Shown: positions 9,010 to 18,949, numbered from the stretch's first letter. The stretch is 32,000 bases of DNA from Synechocystis sp. PCC 6803 substr. PCC-P (GCF_000284455.1 NC_017039.1:1770001-1802000), one strand, 5' to 3'. The notes: a model not told the origin generated them from the sequence alone. Translations and numbers: made by a program.

Positions 9010-9018
9010 ATTTTTTAC

Positions 9019-9326
<308 letters not shown>

Positions 9327-9511
9327 GAATTAATCATCCAGTCAAAGCAGTTATAGCCATTGGGACGATTAGGCAATATTGTCAAACCATTTCTTTATGG
9401 CCCGTTGATAAAACTGAGCTAATCTCCAATCTCTATAACCACCATCTGCCACATAACTCTGTACTTTTTTCCTCCGCCAATCAGCCTTTCTACCCCGCAC
9501 TAAGCCCCCCC

Positions 9512-10033
9512 ATGAGCATCCAAGAAATCTTTACCAAAGCCCTCCAGGATGGATACCTCACCCCCGCTATGGAAGCAGAAGTGGGACGTCTTTGTGAAAG
9601 TGGAGTGGATTTAGACCAAGGGGAATACGAAGCGCTCGATCGCCTGATGGCGGCCCTGTTGGCTGGGGACGTGGTGGCCATGCCCCACAAGAAATTTATT
9701 AACGTCATGGAGGAAATGGTCCTCACTGAGGTGGTTTCCCAGGTGTCTAAATATCAGAAGACCACGGAAAAACAACCCGATATTGCCGACATTGCCGCCT
9801 ATGCCCTCAACCGCCTACCACCACTGTACGCCACCTCCGAAGAGGGCGCCGAATATCAACGGCAACGGGCCTCTGAAGAACTGGAGTTTCTTATTCAACA
9901 ACAGGTGAAAGATGGCTTGGGCAGATATTTTGATCGGCCTCAAATCGCTGACCGTAAGCCCCTAGAACCATTAGTGAAACAGGATCTGATCAGTCAAATG
10001 GCATTGTTATTGGAAGCCCTAGCCCAGGATTGA
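9512..10033 (+). CDS. comFB: ComFB-family protein (cyclic-dinucleotide receptor family, CdgR/Slr1970-like)
   Basis: 173 aa with an ATG start. NVMEEMVLTEVV and DIAAYALNRLPPLYATSEEG are the conserved ComFB-domain motifs as I recall them. The position next to hfq matches the Synechocystis slr1970 context. Confidence 0.75.
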   Translation: MSIQEIFTKALQDGYLTPAMEAEVGRLCESGVDLDQGEYEALDRLMAALLAGDVVAMPHKKFINVMEEMVLTEVVSQVSKYQKTTEKQPDIADIAAYALNRLPPLYATSEEGAEYQRQRASEELEFLIQQQVKDGLGRYFDRPQIADRKPLEPLVKQDLISQMALLLEALAQD

Positions 10034-10236
10034 GCGCAAAATAGCACAAATTAAGAACTGCCATAGGCCATAGTCTTAGCCCCAGTCTCCGGCCATAGGA
10101 TTAATTTATCTGCTGGTGATTTTCCCTGACTTAATCGTGTTTTCCAACAGGTTTTACCCTGGTTGGTTCCGGTTATCTTCATACTTTTTTAGGGGAACCA
10201 CCGCCGATGTTGTGGATTAATTGGGCCTAGTGCAAG

Positions 10237-11088
10237 ATGGGTTTTCGTCGCTATCAAAGTTTGTTTGCTTGGATTTTAACCGTTGTTCTCACCGCCACTG
10301 TCACCGTTGCCATTGCTTCCCCGGTACGGGCCCAGTCCTGGATGAATTTATTGCTCCAAGGATTACAGGTGATTCAACTTTCCAATCTTTCTGACCAGCA
10401 GGAAGTACGGCTAGGGCAACAGATTAATCAGCAACTTTACCAACAAGGAGAATTTCGTCCCCACGGCGATCGCCAATTGCAAAGTTATATTAACGAAATT
10501 GGTCAACGGTTAGCCCGGGCCAGTAGTCGCCCCAATATCCCCTACACATTCCAGGTGGTAGATGACCGCAGAATTAACGCCTTTGCCACCATGGGGGGCT
10601 TTGTTTATGTGAATACCGGCTTGATTGCCGCCGCCGAAAATGAAGCGGAATTAGCCGGTGTCATTGCCCACGAAATTGCCCACATTGCCGAACGCCATGC
10701 CGTGACAAGAATGAGGGATGTGGGTCTTTCCCAAGGATTAATTTCCGCCGCCGGTATGCGGGAAAATAATATTGTCCAGATGGCTATGCAACTGGGTTTC
10801 AATCTGCCCATGAGTAGGGAAGATGAATTAAGCGCCGATGCCATGGGGCTAAGGAACCTCGTGCGGGCTGGTTATGCCCCCGTAGGCATGGTTAGTTTCA
10901 TGGAAAAATTACAACGGCAGAGTGGTGCCGCTCCAGAGTTTCTTAGCAGTCATCCCCTCACCCAAAATCGCATCACTTCCCTCCAGAGGAGTATCCCGTC
11001 CCAATACCTCTACCAAGGAGACGGATTGGATCCCCAGGCTTATAGCCGACGCATTGGCCGCCAATCCTCTGCCCCCACCCTGCGTTAG
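10237..11088 (+). CDS. Exported M48-family Zn metalloprotease (BepA/YcaL-like)
   Basis: 283 aa. Signal peptide LFAWILTVVLTATVTVAIASPVRAQ. HExxH motif in GVIAHEIAHIAERH. The downstream ELSAD could supply the third ligand Glu. INAFATMGGFVYVNTGL is typical of M48. Confidence 0.85.
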   Translation: MGFRRYQSLFAWILTVVLTATVTVAIASPVRAQSWMNLLLQGLQVIQLSNLSDQQEVRLGQQINQQLYQQGEFRPHGDRQLQSYINEIGQRLARASSRPNIPYTFQVVDDRRINAFATMGGFVYVNTGLIAAAENEAELAGVIAHEIAHIAERHAVTRMRDVGLSQGLISAAGMRENNIVQMAMQLGFNLPMSREDELSADAMGLRNLVRAGYAPVGMVSFMEKLQRQSGAAPEFLSSHPLTQNRITSLQRSIPSQYLYQGDGLDPQAYSRRIGRQSSAPTLR

Positions 11089-12383
11089 GGTAATTCCTCT
11101 AGTAAAACAGTGAAAGTGACGGTGGACCCCAGTCCTTCCCCCATGCTAAAAAAGGCCACTTTGCCCCCCATGGTTTCCACCAACTTTTGAGAAATTACCA
11201 GCCCTAACCCCGTACCTCCATAGGCTTTGGAATGGGAGCCATCAATTTGCACAAATTTTTTAAATAATTTGGACTGTTGCTCGAGGGAAACTCCAATGCC
11301 CGTATCTCCCACGCTCACTTTTAATAATCCTGGTTTCTGTACACCTTCCCAGAGCACAGTGCGGGGCATTACTTCCACGGCCACTGTAATACCTCCTTCG
11401 TGGGTAAATTTGATGGCGTTGCCGACAATATTGAGCATCACCTGCAGTAACCAACGCTGATTGCCATACACCAGCAGAGGGCCTTGGTTGGGGGCAGTGA
11501 GATTAAAGCTGAGGCCCTTATTTTGGGCCTGGGGCAGGGCAAAATTTTCTGTTGCCTGGAGCACTTCACTAAAGTCCACCACTTCCAATTCAATGCCCAC
11601 TCGACCCGCTTCAATTTTGGCCAGGTCGAGAATATCATTAATTAAATTGAGCAATAACAGGGCAGATTGGTAGGCTTCTTCGACGAATTCGTGTTTTTCC
11701 GCCTCTGAATCCGCCATGTCGTCTAAAATTAGCCGCAGAAAACCAATAATGCCATTTAATGGGGTGCGGAGTTCGTGGGTGGTGCTGGCCAGAAATTCAC
11801 TTTTGAGCCGGGATGCTTCTTCTGCCGCTTTGGTGGCCTGGGTTAGTTCTTGGTAGAGGGTGGCATGGGCGATCGCCGTGCCGGTTTGCTCGGCCAATTC
11901 CTGAAGTAGGGCTTCTGTTTCTGGATGCCAGGGACCAGGGGCCGGACCAACTTGTTGCAAACACAGATAGCCGTTGGCTTGGTCCTGGTAGAGGGTGGGG
12001 AAAATCCACAGTCCCCCCAAATCCTCCCCTTGAAACTGGACATTGTAGAGAGTGATGGGTTGGTGTTGCTCGAATAACTGCCGCCAAATTTCACTTTCCT
12101 CCGGCACAATTAGAGCAGCGAAGGCGGTCACTGTGGGCTGACAGAATTCTGCTTCAATCTGCAGGTGGCGACTTTGGAAATCCTTTGTCAACAGTAGGCA
12201 ACGGCTTACCCCCAAGGTAGAGCCAATACTATCCACTGCCTCTTGCCAAATGGTGGGCAGATGGAGGCTATTGCGTCGGATCCTTTTGGCGATCGCCGTC
12301 AATTGGGAAATAACCGGGGGATGCAGAGGATCCAAAGAAGAAAATCTGAGGGTGGATTCCGTCAAATCGCTCGGCTGTCCCAT
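11085..12383 (-). CDS. Soluble GAF-domain sensor histidine kinase
   Basis: 432 aa with an ATG start and no hydrophobic segment. H-box FLASTTHELRTPLNGIIG. N-box MLNIVGNAIKFT. G-boxes VGDTGIGV and GGTGLGLVISQKLV. The N-terminal roughly 170 aa are GAF-like. Its stop overlaps the stop of the M48 gene. Confidence 0.85.
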   Translation of the reverse strand: MGQPSDLTESTLRFSSLDPLHPPVISQLTAIAKRIRRNSLHLPTIWQEAVDSIGSTLGVSRCLLLTKDFQSRHLQIEAEFCQPTVTAFAALIVPEESEIWRQLFEQHQPITLYNVQFQGEDLGGLWIFPTLYQDQANGYLCLQQVGPAPGPWHPETEALLQELAEQTGTAIAHATLYQELTQATKAAEEASRLKSEFLASTTHELRTPLNGIIGFLRLILDDMADSEAEKHEFVEEAYQSALLLLNLINDILDLAKIEAGRVGIELEVVDFSEVLQATENFALPQAQNKGLSFNLTAPNQGPLLVYGNQRWLLQVMLNIVGNAIKFTHEGGITVAVEVMPRTVLWEGVQKPGLLKVSVGDTGIGVSLEQQSKLFKKFVQIDGSHSKAYGGTGLGLVISQKLVETMGGKVAFFSMGEGLGSTVTFTVLLEELP

Positions 12384-12469
12384 GTCAAAAAGTGGTTAGG
12401 TAATGGAGTCAGCGGAGGAAATAGCATAATCAACCATGGGGTCTATTTCTCCCGTAGGAAGTCAAAAAA

Positions 12470-12700
12470 TTAGTCGTTCCACTCTCCCCGGGGAGGAACA
12501 GGGGGATTGCGGCGTAAATTGCGGGTTAGCTCATCGTCCCGTTGTTTTTCACCCCGTAGCCACTGCTTCACAGCCATTTCAATTACCCGATTTGGCTCAT
12601 TGGTCAAATGCTGAATTTGATCCATTAGATCCGAGTCCAACTGAATGGAAACTTCTATTTTTTCAGAGTCCCGAAGCGAGGCGGTGGTATTGTCATTCAT
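12470..12700 (-). CDS. Small hypothetical protein with a possible ribbon-helix-helix (CopG/Arc-like) fold
   Basis: 76 aa with an ATG start. KIEVSIQL (beta strand), then SDLMDQIQHL (helix) and NRVIEMAVKQWL (helix), fits an RHH pattern. The tail is basic and Pro-rich. There is no clear SD, and a 90-aa ORF lies on the opposite strand, so the coding status is uncertain. Confidence 0.4.
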   Translation of the reverse strand: MNDNTTASLRDSEKIEVSIQLDSDLMDQIQHLTNEPNRVIEMAVKQWLRGEKQRDDELTRNLRRNPPVPPRGEWND

Positions 12701-12882
12701 GGCGTTAGAAACGAGGTCTTCACCAATTATAGTATCCCATCAGTTTCAGGCCAGGCGGATATAATATATGGAACTTCAGGAAAAGTTACCAATTGGGAAA
12801 GTCCGTCCAGATTGAACAATTTTTGTCAACATCCCCCTTCCTGCCACCTCCAAGTTATCAACGCCAGTTTCATAACTCCACC

Positions 12883-13962
12883 ATGTTAGACGCCGTCATT
12901 ATTCTCCTCTCCATTTTCACCTTTGCAGGGGTCGGCTTCGCCGTGGTGGACCTGTTACCGGATTCCGTACAGATGCAAATTTCCAACATGGAGGCCCTGC
13001 GTTGGCTGGCGGCGGGTTTCATGTCCATTATTGGTCTGGCGATCGGGTTAGTGGCCCAAACCACCTATCGCAGATTGGAAAATCAGATTCGACAAACTCC
13101 CATTGAGACAATTCTTACCAGGGCAGTGGGTTTGGTAATTGGTTTGTTGATTGCTAATCTCATGCTAGCTCCCATCTTTCTACTGCCCATTCCAGGGGAA
13201 TTTTCCTTTATTAAGCCCACCCTGGCAGTGTTTGGCAGTGTGGTTTTTGCTTTTCTTGGTATCAGTTTGGCCGACACCCATGGCCGCACCTTCATGCGCC
13301 TAATTAACCCCAACAGCATTGAAACCATGTTGTTGGCCGAGGGCACCCTCAAGCCCATCCCGCCTAAAGTTGTTGATACCAGTTGCATCATCGACGGTCG
13401 CATTGAGCCCCTATTAGCCACCGGCTTTATTGAAGGGCAGGTATTAGTGCCCCAATTTGTCTTGGCAGAACTGCAACAATTAGCCGATGCCAGCAATGAC
13501 CAAAAACGGGTGCGAGGCCGGAGGGGATTAGATATTCTCGGCAGTATCCAGGCGGATTTTCCCGAAAGCATCGTTATTCATTCCGCTGACTATGACGACA
13601 TTGCCACGGTGGATGCCAAATTAGTCCATTTAGCCCAAGAAATCAATGGCATTTTGCTCACCAATGATTACAACCTCAGCAAAGTTGCCAACTTGCAAAA
13701 AGTCCAAATTCTCAACGTGAACGATTTGGCCCAGGCAGTGCGGCCCATTTACCTACCAGGGGATTCTCTGGAGCTAAAAATCATCAAACAAGGCAAGGAA
13801 GCTTCCCAGGGAGTAGGTTACCTAGAAGATGGCACCATGGTGGTGGTGGAAGAAGGGCGCAACTATGTAGGGTCAGAATTGCAGGTCATTGTCACTTCAG
13901 CTTTGCAAACCTCCGCCGGTCGGATGATTTTTGCCAAACCCCCTTCAGTGCTGGCTTCTTAG
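12883..13962 (+). CDS. ycf81: Membrane-anchored PIN/TRAM-domain protein (YacL/Ycf81-like)
   Basis: The ORF is open from a TTG at 12793. I prefer the ATG at 12883 (MLDAVIILLSIF...). About four N-terminal TM helices. The PIN-like core begins VVDTSCIIDGRI. The C-terminal TRAM-like beta domain is LELKIIKQGKEASQGVGYLEDGTMVVVEEG. Confidence 0.8.
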   Translation: MLDAVIILLSIFTFAGVGFAVVDLLPDSVQMQISNMEALRWLAAGFMSIIGLAIGLVAQTTYRRLENQIRQTPIETILTRAVGLVIGLLIANLMLAPIFLLPIPGEFSFIKPTLAVFGSVVFAFLGISLADTHGRTFMRLINPNSIETMLLAEGTLKPIPPKVVDTSCIIDGRIEPLLATGFIEGQVLVPQFVLAELQQLADASNDQKRVRGRRGLDILGSIQADFPESIVIHSADYDDIATVDAKLVHLAQEINGILLTNDYNLSKVANLQKVQILNVNDLAQAVRPIYLPGDSLELKIIKQGKEASQGVGYLEDGTMVVVEEGRNYVGSELQVIVTSALQTSAGRMIFAKPPSVLAS

Positions 13963-14021
13963 GTCAAAATTGGCAGTTTTTCAGAAACGGCAAAACGATT
14001 TCCCATCAGATCCGCTTTTCC

Positions 14022-14588
14022 CTAGGGAGCATCCTGCCATTCTGGAGACAACGTAATAAAGTCAAAAACTTCTGCCCCGGGGTGACAGGTGATACAGGTC
14101 TTACTTGTGACTTCCTCCGGCATAGGGGCCCGTGGATGTAGAGCTTTGAAAAAGCGTGATTTTTCCGCATAGAGGGGGACTGGGTTATTTGGAGGCAGTG
14201 GTCGAGAAAACGTACTCACATAATCCCAAATCAGCAATTGGGTCAGGCGATTAATGTTAGGAATGCTGACCCCATAATGGACATCCGGACGACGCAAAAT
14301 CTCCTGCCAGGAATCCAGGGGTAAGACTTCCGGTGGCAGGGCAATGTGACAGCCAGTACAGGTTTCGATGTAGGACTCGAAACCAGGAAGGTAACGGGTA
14401 GGAATCGGATCGACGGAACGGGGATTATCAGGGATAACTGGGGGCAAATTCTGGGGAATGCTTGCCTGGGCCATTAGATCATTGGCTGGTTGACCATGGG
14501 GAGCCCACGTCTGGGCCATAGCCCAACCACCACCAAGGGAAAGGAAAACGATAACTAATCCTGTCAGCACCACTGGCCAAATTCGCAT
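14022..14588 (-). CDS. Dihaem c-type cytochrome with an N-terminal signal or anchor
   Basis: 188 aa with an ATG start. Hydrophobic N-terminus WPVVLTGLVIVFLSLGGGWAMAQ. Two CxxCH haem-binding motifs (CTGCH and CITCH). The overall layout resembles the DHC dihaem cytochrome c family. Confidence 0.8.
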   Translation of the reverse strand: MRIWPVVLTGLVIVFLSLGGGWAMAQTWAPHGQPANDLMAQASIPQNLPPVIPDNPRSVDPIPTRYLPGFESYIETCTGCHIALPPEVLPLDSWQEILRRPDVHYGVSIPNINRLTQLLIWDYVSTFSRPLPPNNPVPLYAEKSRFFKALHPRAPMPEEVTSKTCITCHPGAEVFDFITLSPEWQDAP

Positions 14589-14862
14589 GGTTGTTTCCGA
14601 TTACGCCAATCCGTCAATTAAGATCATTTGTCTGGTGACATGACCTGAAGACCCCACAATTTTAGCAGTCCCTACCGGCACATCGGTTTTTCCGCTCTGT
14701 CCCGAACCCGCAATTCATGGCCGTGCTTTTTGGGAATCCATCAAAGCATAGGGCGCCATGACCAATGGTATTGGGGAAAGCCGCCATAAAGCTTAAATTC
14801 CCCCATCATCGAAAACTCAAACTCAACATTTGTGTCCCTGATGGAAAAAAGAAAGAGATTGG

Positions 14863-17385
14863 CTATTTACTAGAGCCCTGGCCAAAGCGCCACTGGATAC
14901 CGGCAGAGAAACGGGTGCCAGGCTCCGCTATCAATTCTCCTAAATCAAGCTGACTGGTGGCATTGGTGCCCATTAAATCGATCGCCAAGTTTTCCAGGGG
15001 GAATAGTCTTAAACCAGCAGACCATACTAGTCTTTCCCCGGTGACGATGGGGGTAATTTCAGCAATCAATTGTATGACAGGGGAAATTTGATAATTTGCC
15101 CCCAATCCCAATCCCACAGGAGTTTTGCCACCGGTTATTGCAGCCTTGGGAGAAAAGAGCAAAGCTAATTGATTATTGACTTCATACATAAAAGGAAATT
15201 CAAGCATAAAATATCCCTGTTCTTCTTCACTAATATCGCGACCACCAGTTAAACGGCCACTAATTGACAGGGGATCGCCATCGGCTTGGTTTAAAAATGC
15301 AAGCTTGCCCCCTAGGCGCCATTGGGTAGCGGTTCCCTGGGATGAGTCTATGACCGACTTGGTATCAAAACCGCCAATGTAGGAGAGCAGTAACTCCATT
15401 TGGAAATTTTGCAAGACGCTATAAAAGATCCCGCCGCCGATACTGCCCCCGGTATCCGCTGTAAACCTTACGCCGAAATCATCGGTGGGAAAAACATAGG
15501 GAGTAGTTAGCGTAAACCAGTCAAACAATAATCTTTTTTGCCGGTCGTTATAGTCAACATGATAAATTTCTTTGGCAAGGGGAGCTATCTTAAACTGGGC
15601 TCCCAATAGAATTTCATTGGCGGCGGTGGGCAAAGTTAAGATGCCAGTGGCCGGGGTGCCCCCAAAGGAGTTAGTTAAGCTCAACTCAAAACCGACGGCT
15701 TTACTAAAGGCGTAATTAGCGCCGACAGACCAAATGGGGGTTTTGGATATTTCCCTAGATGTGTTGATAGAATTACCGCCGGATAAGGGAACTACGGTAT
15801 TGCCAAAAAGGGAAAGTTGCTCGGAAACGCGCCAATTTGCTCCCAATCCGACGCTAAAGACCGTGCCGTAAAAGGGAATGCTATTGAGACTATCAGAAAA
15901 AATATTAACTGCCGGCGTAAAAGTAACCTGAAACTGTTCGCTCAAGTTATAGGAAATGGGGAGTTGTACAGTTCCCGCAACAGTTCTACTCAAGGTGGGG
16001 GAATTAGCATTATTAAATAGTCCAGGACCACTGTAAATTTGGAATTGTTCAATGGAGCCTAAAACGCTGATACCCCAATTTTCATCGCTGTAAATGTTGT
16101 ATTTTAAGTTAGGACCAGTTGATTGATATAACTGCTCGATAAAAGCTCCATTAACGGCATTGTAGGTGGGGTCGTCGTTGTACATGAAAGACCAGCCTAT
16201 TTGGAGGTCGTTAGTGAGTCCCCAATCAGCGTAGATAAAATAGGTTTGATTGCCCATGCCTGGCCCACCAAAGGTTTGGGTTTGGCCAAACGCGCCCAAT
16301 ACCTGTCCTTGCAAAAGCTGGTTAGCGGTGGGCAGGTTTAATATTCTTAAGGGTTGACGCAATAAAGGTGTGGTAATTTCAGATTCTTCTGGGGGAGATT
16401 CTTCTACCACTTCCTCTTGGACAAATTCAACAGTATCCAGAGTTTCGGTTTCTGTGACTTCGACTTCTGTTACTTCTATTTGATCAGTTTGAACTACTGC
16501 CAATTTTTCTTGATTACTATCATTTTCTCTCTGGGTTTCTAGAACGTTTACAGTACTTTCTTCGGAAGAAATTGTTGGCTCAATGGGGCCAGTAATAATG
16601 TCGAGGCCATTGGTTTGGTTAAGGTCAGAAGATTCTTCTGTAATCCCATTCTGGGCAGATTCAGTAGTGGTTGTCTCCACACTTGTTTCTTCTACCCTTG
16701 CTCCGTCGATCGCCGTTGTTTGGGAAAGTATCAAAGTTTCTTCAGGAGATAATTCCCCCTGACTGACCTCATCCTTAATTTCTAAGGTTTCCGCTGTGTT
16801 GGCGATCGCCGTGGGAGCTAGGAGTAAACCTTGGTTATGGGAGCGGACAGTCCAACTTTGTTCCTGGGCATTAAGACTAACTTCCACCACACCCCGGTCT
16901 AATTGTTTAATTCTGAGGCGACGTTTCATCAGAGTGCCATCGGGGCCAGCATTATCTTGATTAATGGGGATGGAATCGGCTAATTTCACCCCTTCTACCA
17001 CCAGAGCTAAACGATTGGTGCGGGAATCTAGGGTCAACTCAGCGGCGGTTTGTTGCCCGTTAATGTGCAAAATTACGTTATCAACGGTGAGGGTAACGGC
17101 TTGGAGAACGGCAAAATTATCCTCCTCTGCTTCGACCATTAAAATGGAACGACCACCGGATCGACTGGGGCGTTGGCTAACTAGGGTTGCAGGGGAAAAG
17201 GAAATAGTAGAACTGTAATCATTGTTTTGAGTGAAGACAGGGGAAATTTTTTGATTGGGAAATGGGGGATCAGCCAAAGCCGACGGAGAACTGATACCAT
17301 GGTGATCCGTGTTACTGCTCCAGGCCCCAAGCACTAACCATGCTCCTAGAAGACCAAGCATCTGGGCCGGCTTTTTGAAAGTCAT
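14863..17385 (-). CDS. Large envelope protein: signal peptide, AMIN-like domain, acidic low-complexity linker and a C-terminal beta-barrel-like region
   Basis: The ORF is open from a GTG at 17400. The ATG at 17385 gives MTFKKPAQMLGLLGAWLVLGAWS. The AMIN-like segment is ILMVEAEEDNFAVLQAVTLTVDNVILHINGQQ...LALVVEGVKL. The E/T/V/S-rich linker covers roughly aa 205-345. The C-terminal roughly 480 aa show alternating-hydrophobicity beta strands with aromatic girdle residues, ending ...RFSAGIQWRFGQGSSK. Confidence 0.65.
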   Translation of the reverse strand: MTFKKPAQMLGLLGAWLVLGAWSSNTDHHGISSPSALADPPFPNQKISPVFTQNNDYSSTISFSPATLVSQRPSRSGGRSILMVEAEEDNFAVLQAVTLTVDNVILHINGQQTAAELTLDSRTNRLALVVEGVKLADSIPINQDNAGPDGTLMKRRLRIKQLDRGVVEVSLNAQEQSWTVRSHNQGLLLAPTAIANTAETLEIKDEVSQGELSPEETLILSQTTAIDGARVEETSVETTTTESAQNGITEESSDLNQTNGLDIITGPIEPTISSEESTVNVLETQRENDSNQEKLAVVQTDQIEVTEVEVTETETLDTVEFVQEEVVEESPPEESEITTPLLRQPLRILNLPTANQLLQGQVLGAFGQTQTFGGPGMGNQTYFIYADWGLTNDLQIGWSFMYNDDPTYNAVNGAFIEQLYQSTGPNLKYNIYSDENWGISVLGSIEQFQIYSGPGLFNNANSPTLSRTVAGTVQLPISYNLSEQFQVTFTPAVNIFSDSLNSIPFYGTVFSVGLGANWRVSEQLSLFGNTVVPLSGGNSINTSREISKTPIWSVGANYAFSKAVGFELSLTNSFGGTPATGILTLPTAANEILLGAQFKIAPLAKEIYHVDYNDRQKRLLFDWFTLTTPYVFPTDDFGVRFTADTGGSIGGGIFYSVLQNFQMELLLSYIGGFDTKSVIDSSQGTATQWRLGGKLAFLNQADGDPLSISGRLTGGRDISEEEQGYFMLEFPFMYEVNNQLALLFSPKAAITGGKTPVGLGLGANYQISPVIQLIAEITPIVTGERLVWSAGLRLFPLENLAIDLMGTNATSQLDLGELIAEPGTRFSAGIQWRFGQGSSK

Positions 17386-17577
17386 GCGGTTGTTCCTCAC
17401 TCAAAACTCACACCAATTAGAAGACATAATATCCCTATTCTTTCAAATACGCATTAACTTTAATTTAAGTTCGGAATACTTAATTTTCCCCTTTTCTCTA
17501 AACTTATTCAACGGCGATCACCACAAAGCCACGGATTTCTCTTCACTTATTCTCAATTTTTTGCCTTTAAATTTTTT

Positions 17578-18936
17578 ATGTCCCTTCCCATCGTCGCCAT
17601 TATCGGCCGCCCCAATGTGGGTAAATCCACCTTCGTTAATCGTTTAGCCGGCAACCAACAAGCCATTGTCCATGATCAACCCGGCATCACGAGGGACCGT
17701 ACCTATCGTCCAGCTTTTTGGCGAGACCGAGACTTCCAAGTGGTGGATACGGGGGGGTTAGTGTTCAACGATGACAGCGAATTTTTACCCGAAATTCGAG
17801 AACAGGCTAACCTAGCTCTAGCGGAAGCGAAGGCAGCTATTTTTGTGGTAGACGGCCAACAGGGGCCCACTGCCAGCGATGAAGAGATTGCCCAATGGCT
17901 CCGGCAACAATCCGTTCCGGTCATTTTGGCGGTGAATAAGTGTGAATCCCCCGACCAAGGTGCTATCCAGGCGGCGGAATTTTGGCATTTGGGGCTGGGG
18001 GAACCCTATCCCATGTCGGCCATCCACGGCAGTGGTACGGGCGATTTACTTGATGCCCTGTTGGAATATTTGCCCGCCCCCCAAGAGGAGCCGGAAGAAG
18101 ATGAGATCAAAGTGGCGATCGTTGGTCGTCCCAATGTGGGTAAATCCAGCTTGCTCAACGCATTAACCGGGGAACAACGGGCTATTGTCAGCCCCATTTC
18201 CGGCACTACTAGGGATGCCATCGATATGGTGGTGGAGCGCAACGGGCAGAAATATCGCTTAATTGATACGGCAGGCATTCGGCGGAAAAAGAATGTGGAC
18301 TATGGCGCCGAATTTTTTGGCATTAACCGGGCTTTTAAGGCCATTCGCCGGGCCGATGTGGTGTTATTTGTACTAGATGTTTTGGATGGGGTAACGGAGC
18401 AGGATTTGAAATTGGCGGGGCGCATCATTGAAGATGGCCGAGCAGTGGTGCTGGTGATAAATAAATGGGATGCGGTGGAAAAAGATTCCTACACCATCTA
18501 CGAGCACAGGGAACAGTTAATGGCTAGGCTTTATTTTATGGATTGGGCCGAAATGATTTTTGTCAGTGCCCAAACCGGCCTAAGGGTGCAAAAAATCCTT
18601 GATTGTGTGGATATTGCCGCCCAGGAACATCGCCGTCGGGTCACCACCGCTGTAATCAATGAAGTGTTGGAAGAAGCCGTTAGTTGGCATTCTCCCCCCA
18701 CCACTCGCCAAGGTAAACAGGGCAAAATTTATTACGGAACCCAGGTTTCGACCCAACCACCGGCGATCGCCTTATTTGTTAATGATCCCAACCGGTTTAA
18801 CGATAATTACCGCCGTTACATTGAAAAGCAATTCCGTAAACAACTGGGCTTTTTTGGCTCCCCCATTCGATTATTCTGGCGGGGTAAAAAAGTGAGGGAA
18901 ATGGAGGGTAGTCGCAACCGGGCTACCAAAGTCTAA
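17578..18936 (+). CDS. der: Ribosome-biogenesis GTPase Der (EngA)
   Basis: 452 aa with an ATG start. Two tandem GTPase domains, each with a P-loop GRPNVGKS(T/S), DTGG/DTAG and NKCE/NKWD motifs, followed by a C-terminal KH-like domain. Confidence 0.95.
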   Translation: MSLPIVAIIGRPNVGKSTFVNRLAGNQQAIVHDQPGITRDRTYRPAFWRDRDFQVVDTGGLVFNDDSEFLPEIREQANLALAEAKAAIFVVDGQQGPTASDEEIAQWLRQQSVPVILAVNKCESPDQGAIQAAEFWHLGLGEPYPMSAIHGSGTGDLLDALLEYLPAPQEEPEEDEIKVAIVGRPNVGKSSLLNALTGEQRAIVSPISGTTRDAIDMVVERNGQKYRLIDTAGIRRKKNVDYGAEFFGINRAFKAIRRADVVLFVLDVLDGVTEQDLKLAGRIIEDGRAVVLVINKWDAVEKDSYTIYEHREQLMARLYFMDWAEMIFVSAQTGLRVQKILDCVDIAAQEHRRRVTTAVINEVLEEAVSWHSPPTTRQGKQGKIYYGTQVSTQPPAIALFVNDPNRFNDNYRRYIEKQFRKQLGFFGSPIRLFWRGKKVREMEGSRNRATKV

Positions 18937-18949
18937 AACTTAAAACAGT

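Noticed and set aside
12436-12708. 90-aa plus-strand ORF opposite the RHH-like ORF
   Set aside because: Its composition is Pro/Ser/Gly/Trp-rich with no secondary-structure pattern. The minus-strand ORF gives a coherent beta-helix-helix pattern. Both remain unproven.
13083-13571. 162-aa minus-strand ORF inside the PIN/TRAM gene
   Set aside because: It is antisense to a well-supported conserved gene, and the product is Arg/Ser/Met-rich and low in complexity.
13963-14021. Bidirectional terminator hairpin between the PIN/TRAM gene and the cytochrome gene
   Set aside because: The candidate arms (TTGGCAGTTT / GAAACGGCAA) pair poorly when written out, and I could not find a convincing stem.
14765-14953. 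62-aa plus-strand ORF between the cytochrome and OMP genes
   Set aside because: It overlaps the 3' end of the OMP gene in antisense. It is short and shows no conservation cues.
17309-17647. 112-aa plus-strand ORF spanning the OMP/der divergent region
   Set aside because: It overlaps both the OMP start (antisense) and the der start (out of frame). The sequence is low-complexity and Leu/Phe/Ser-rich.
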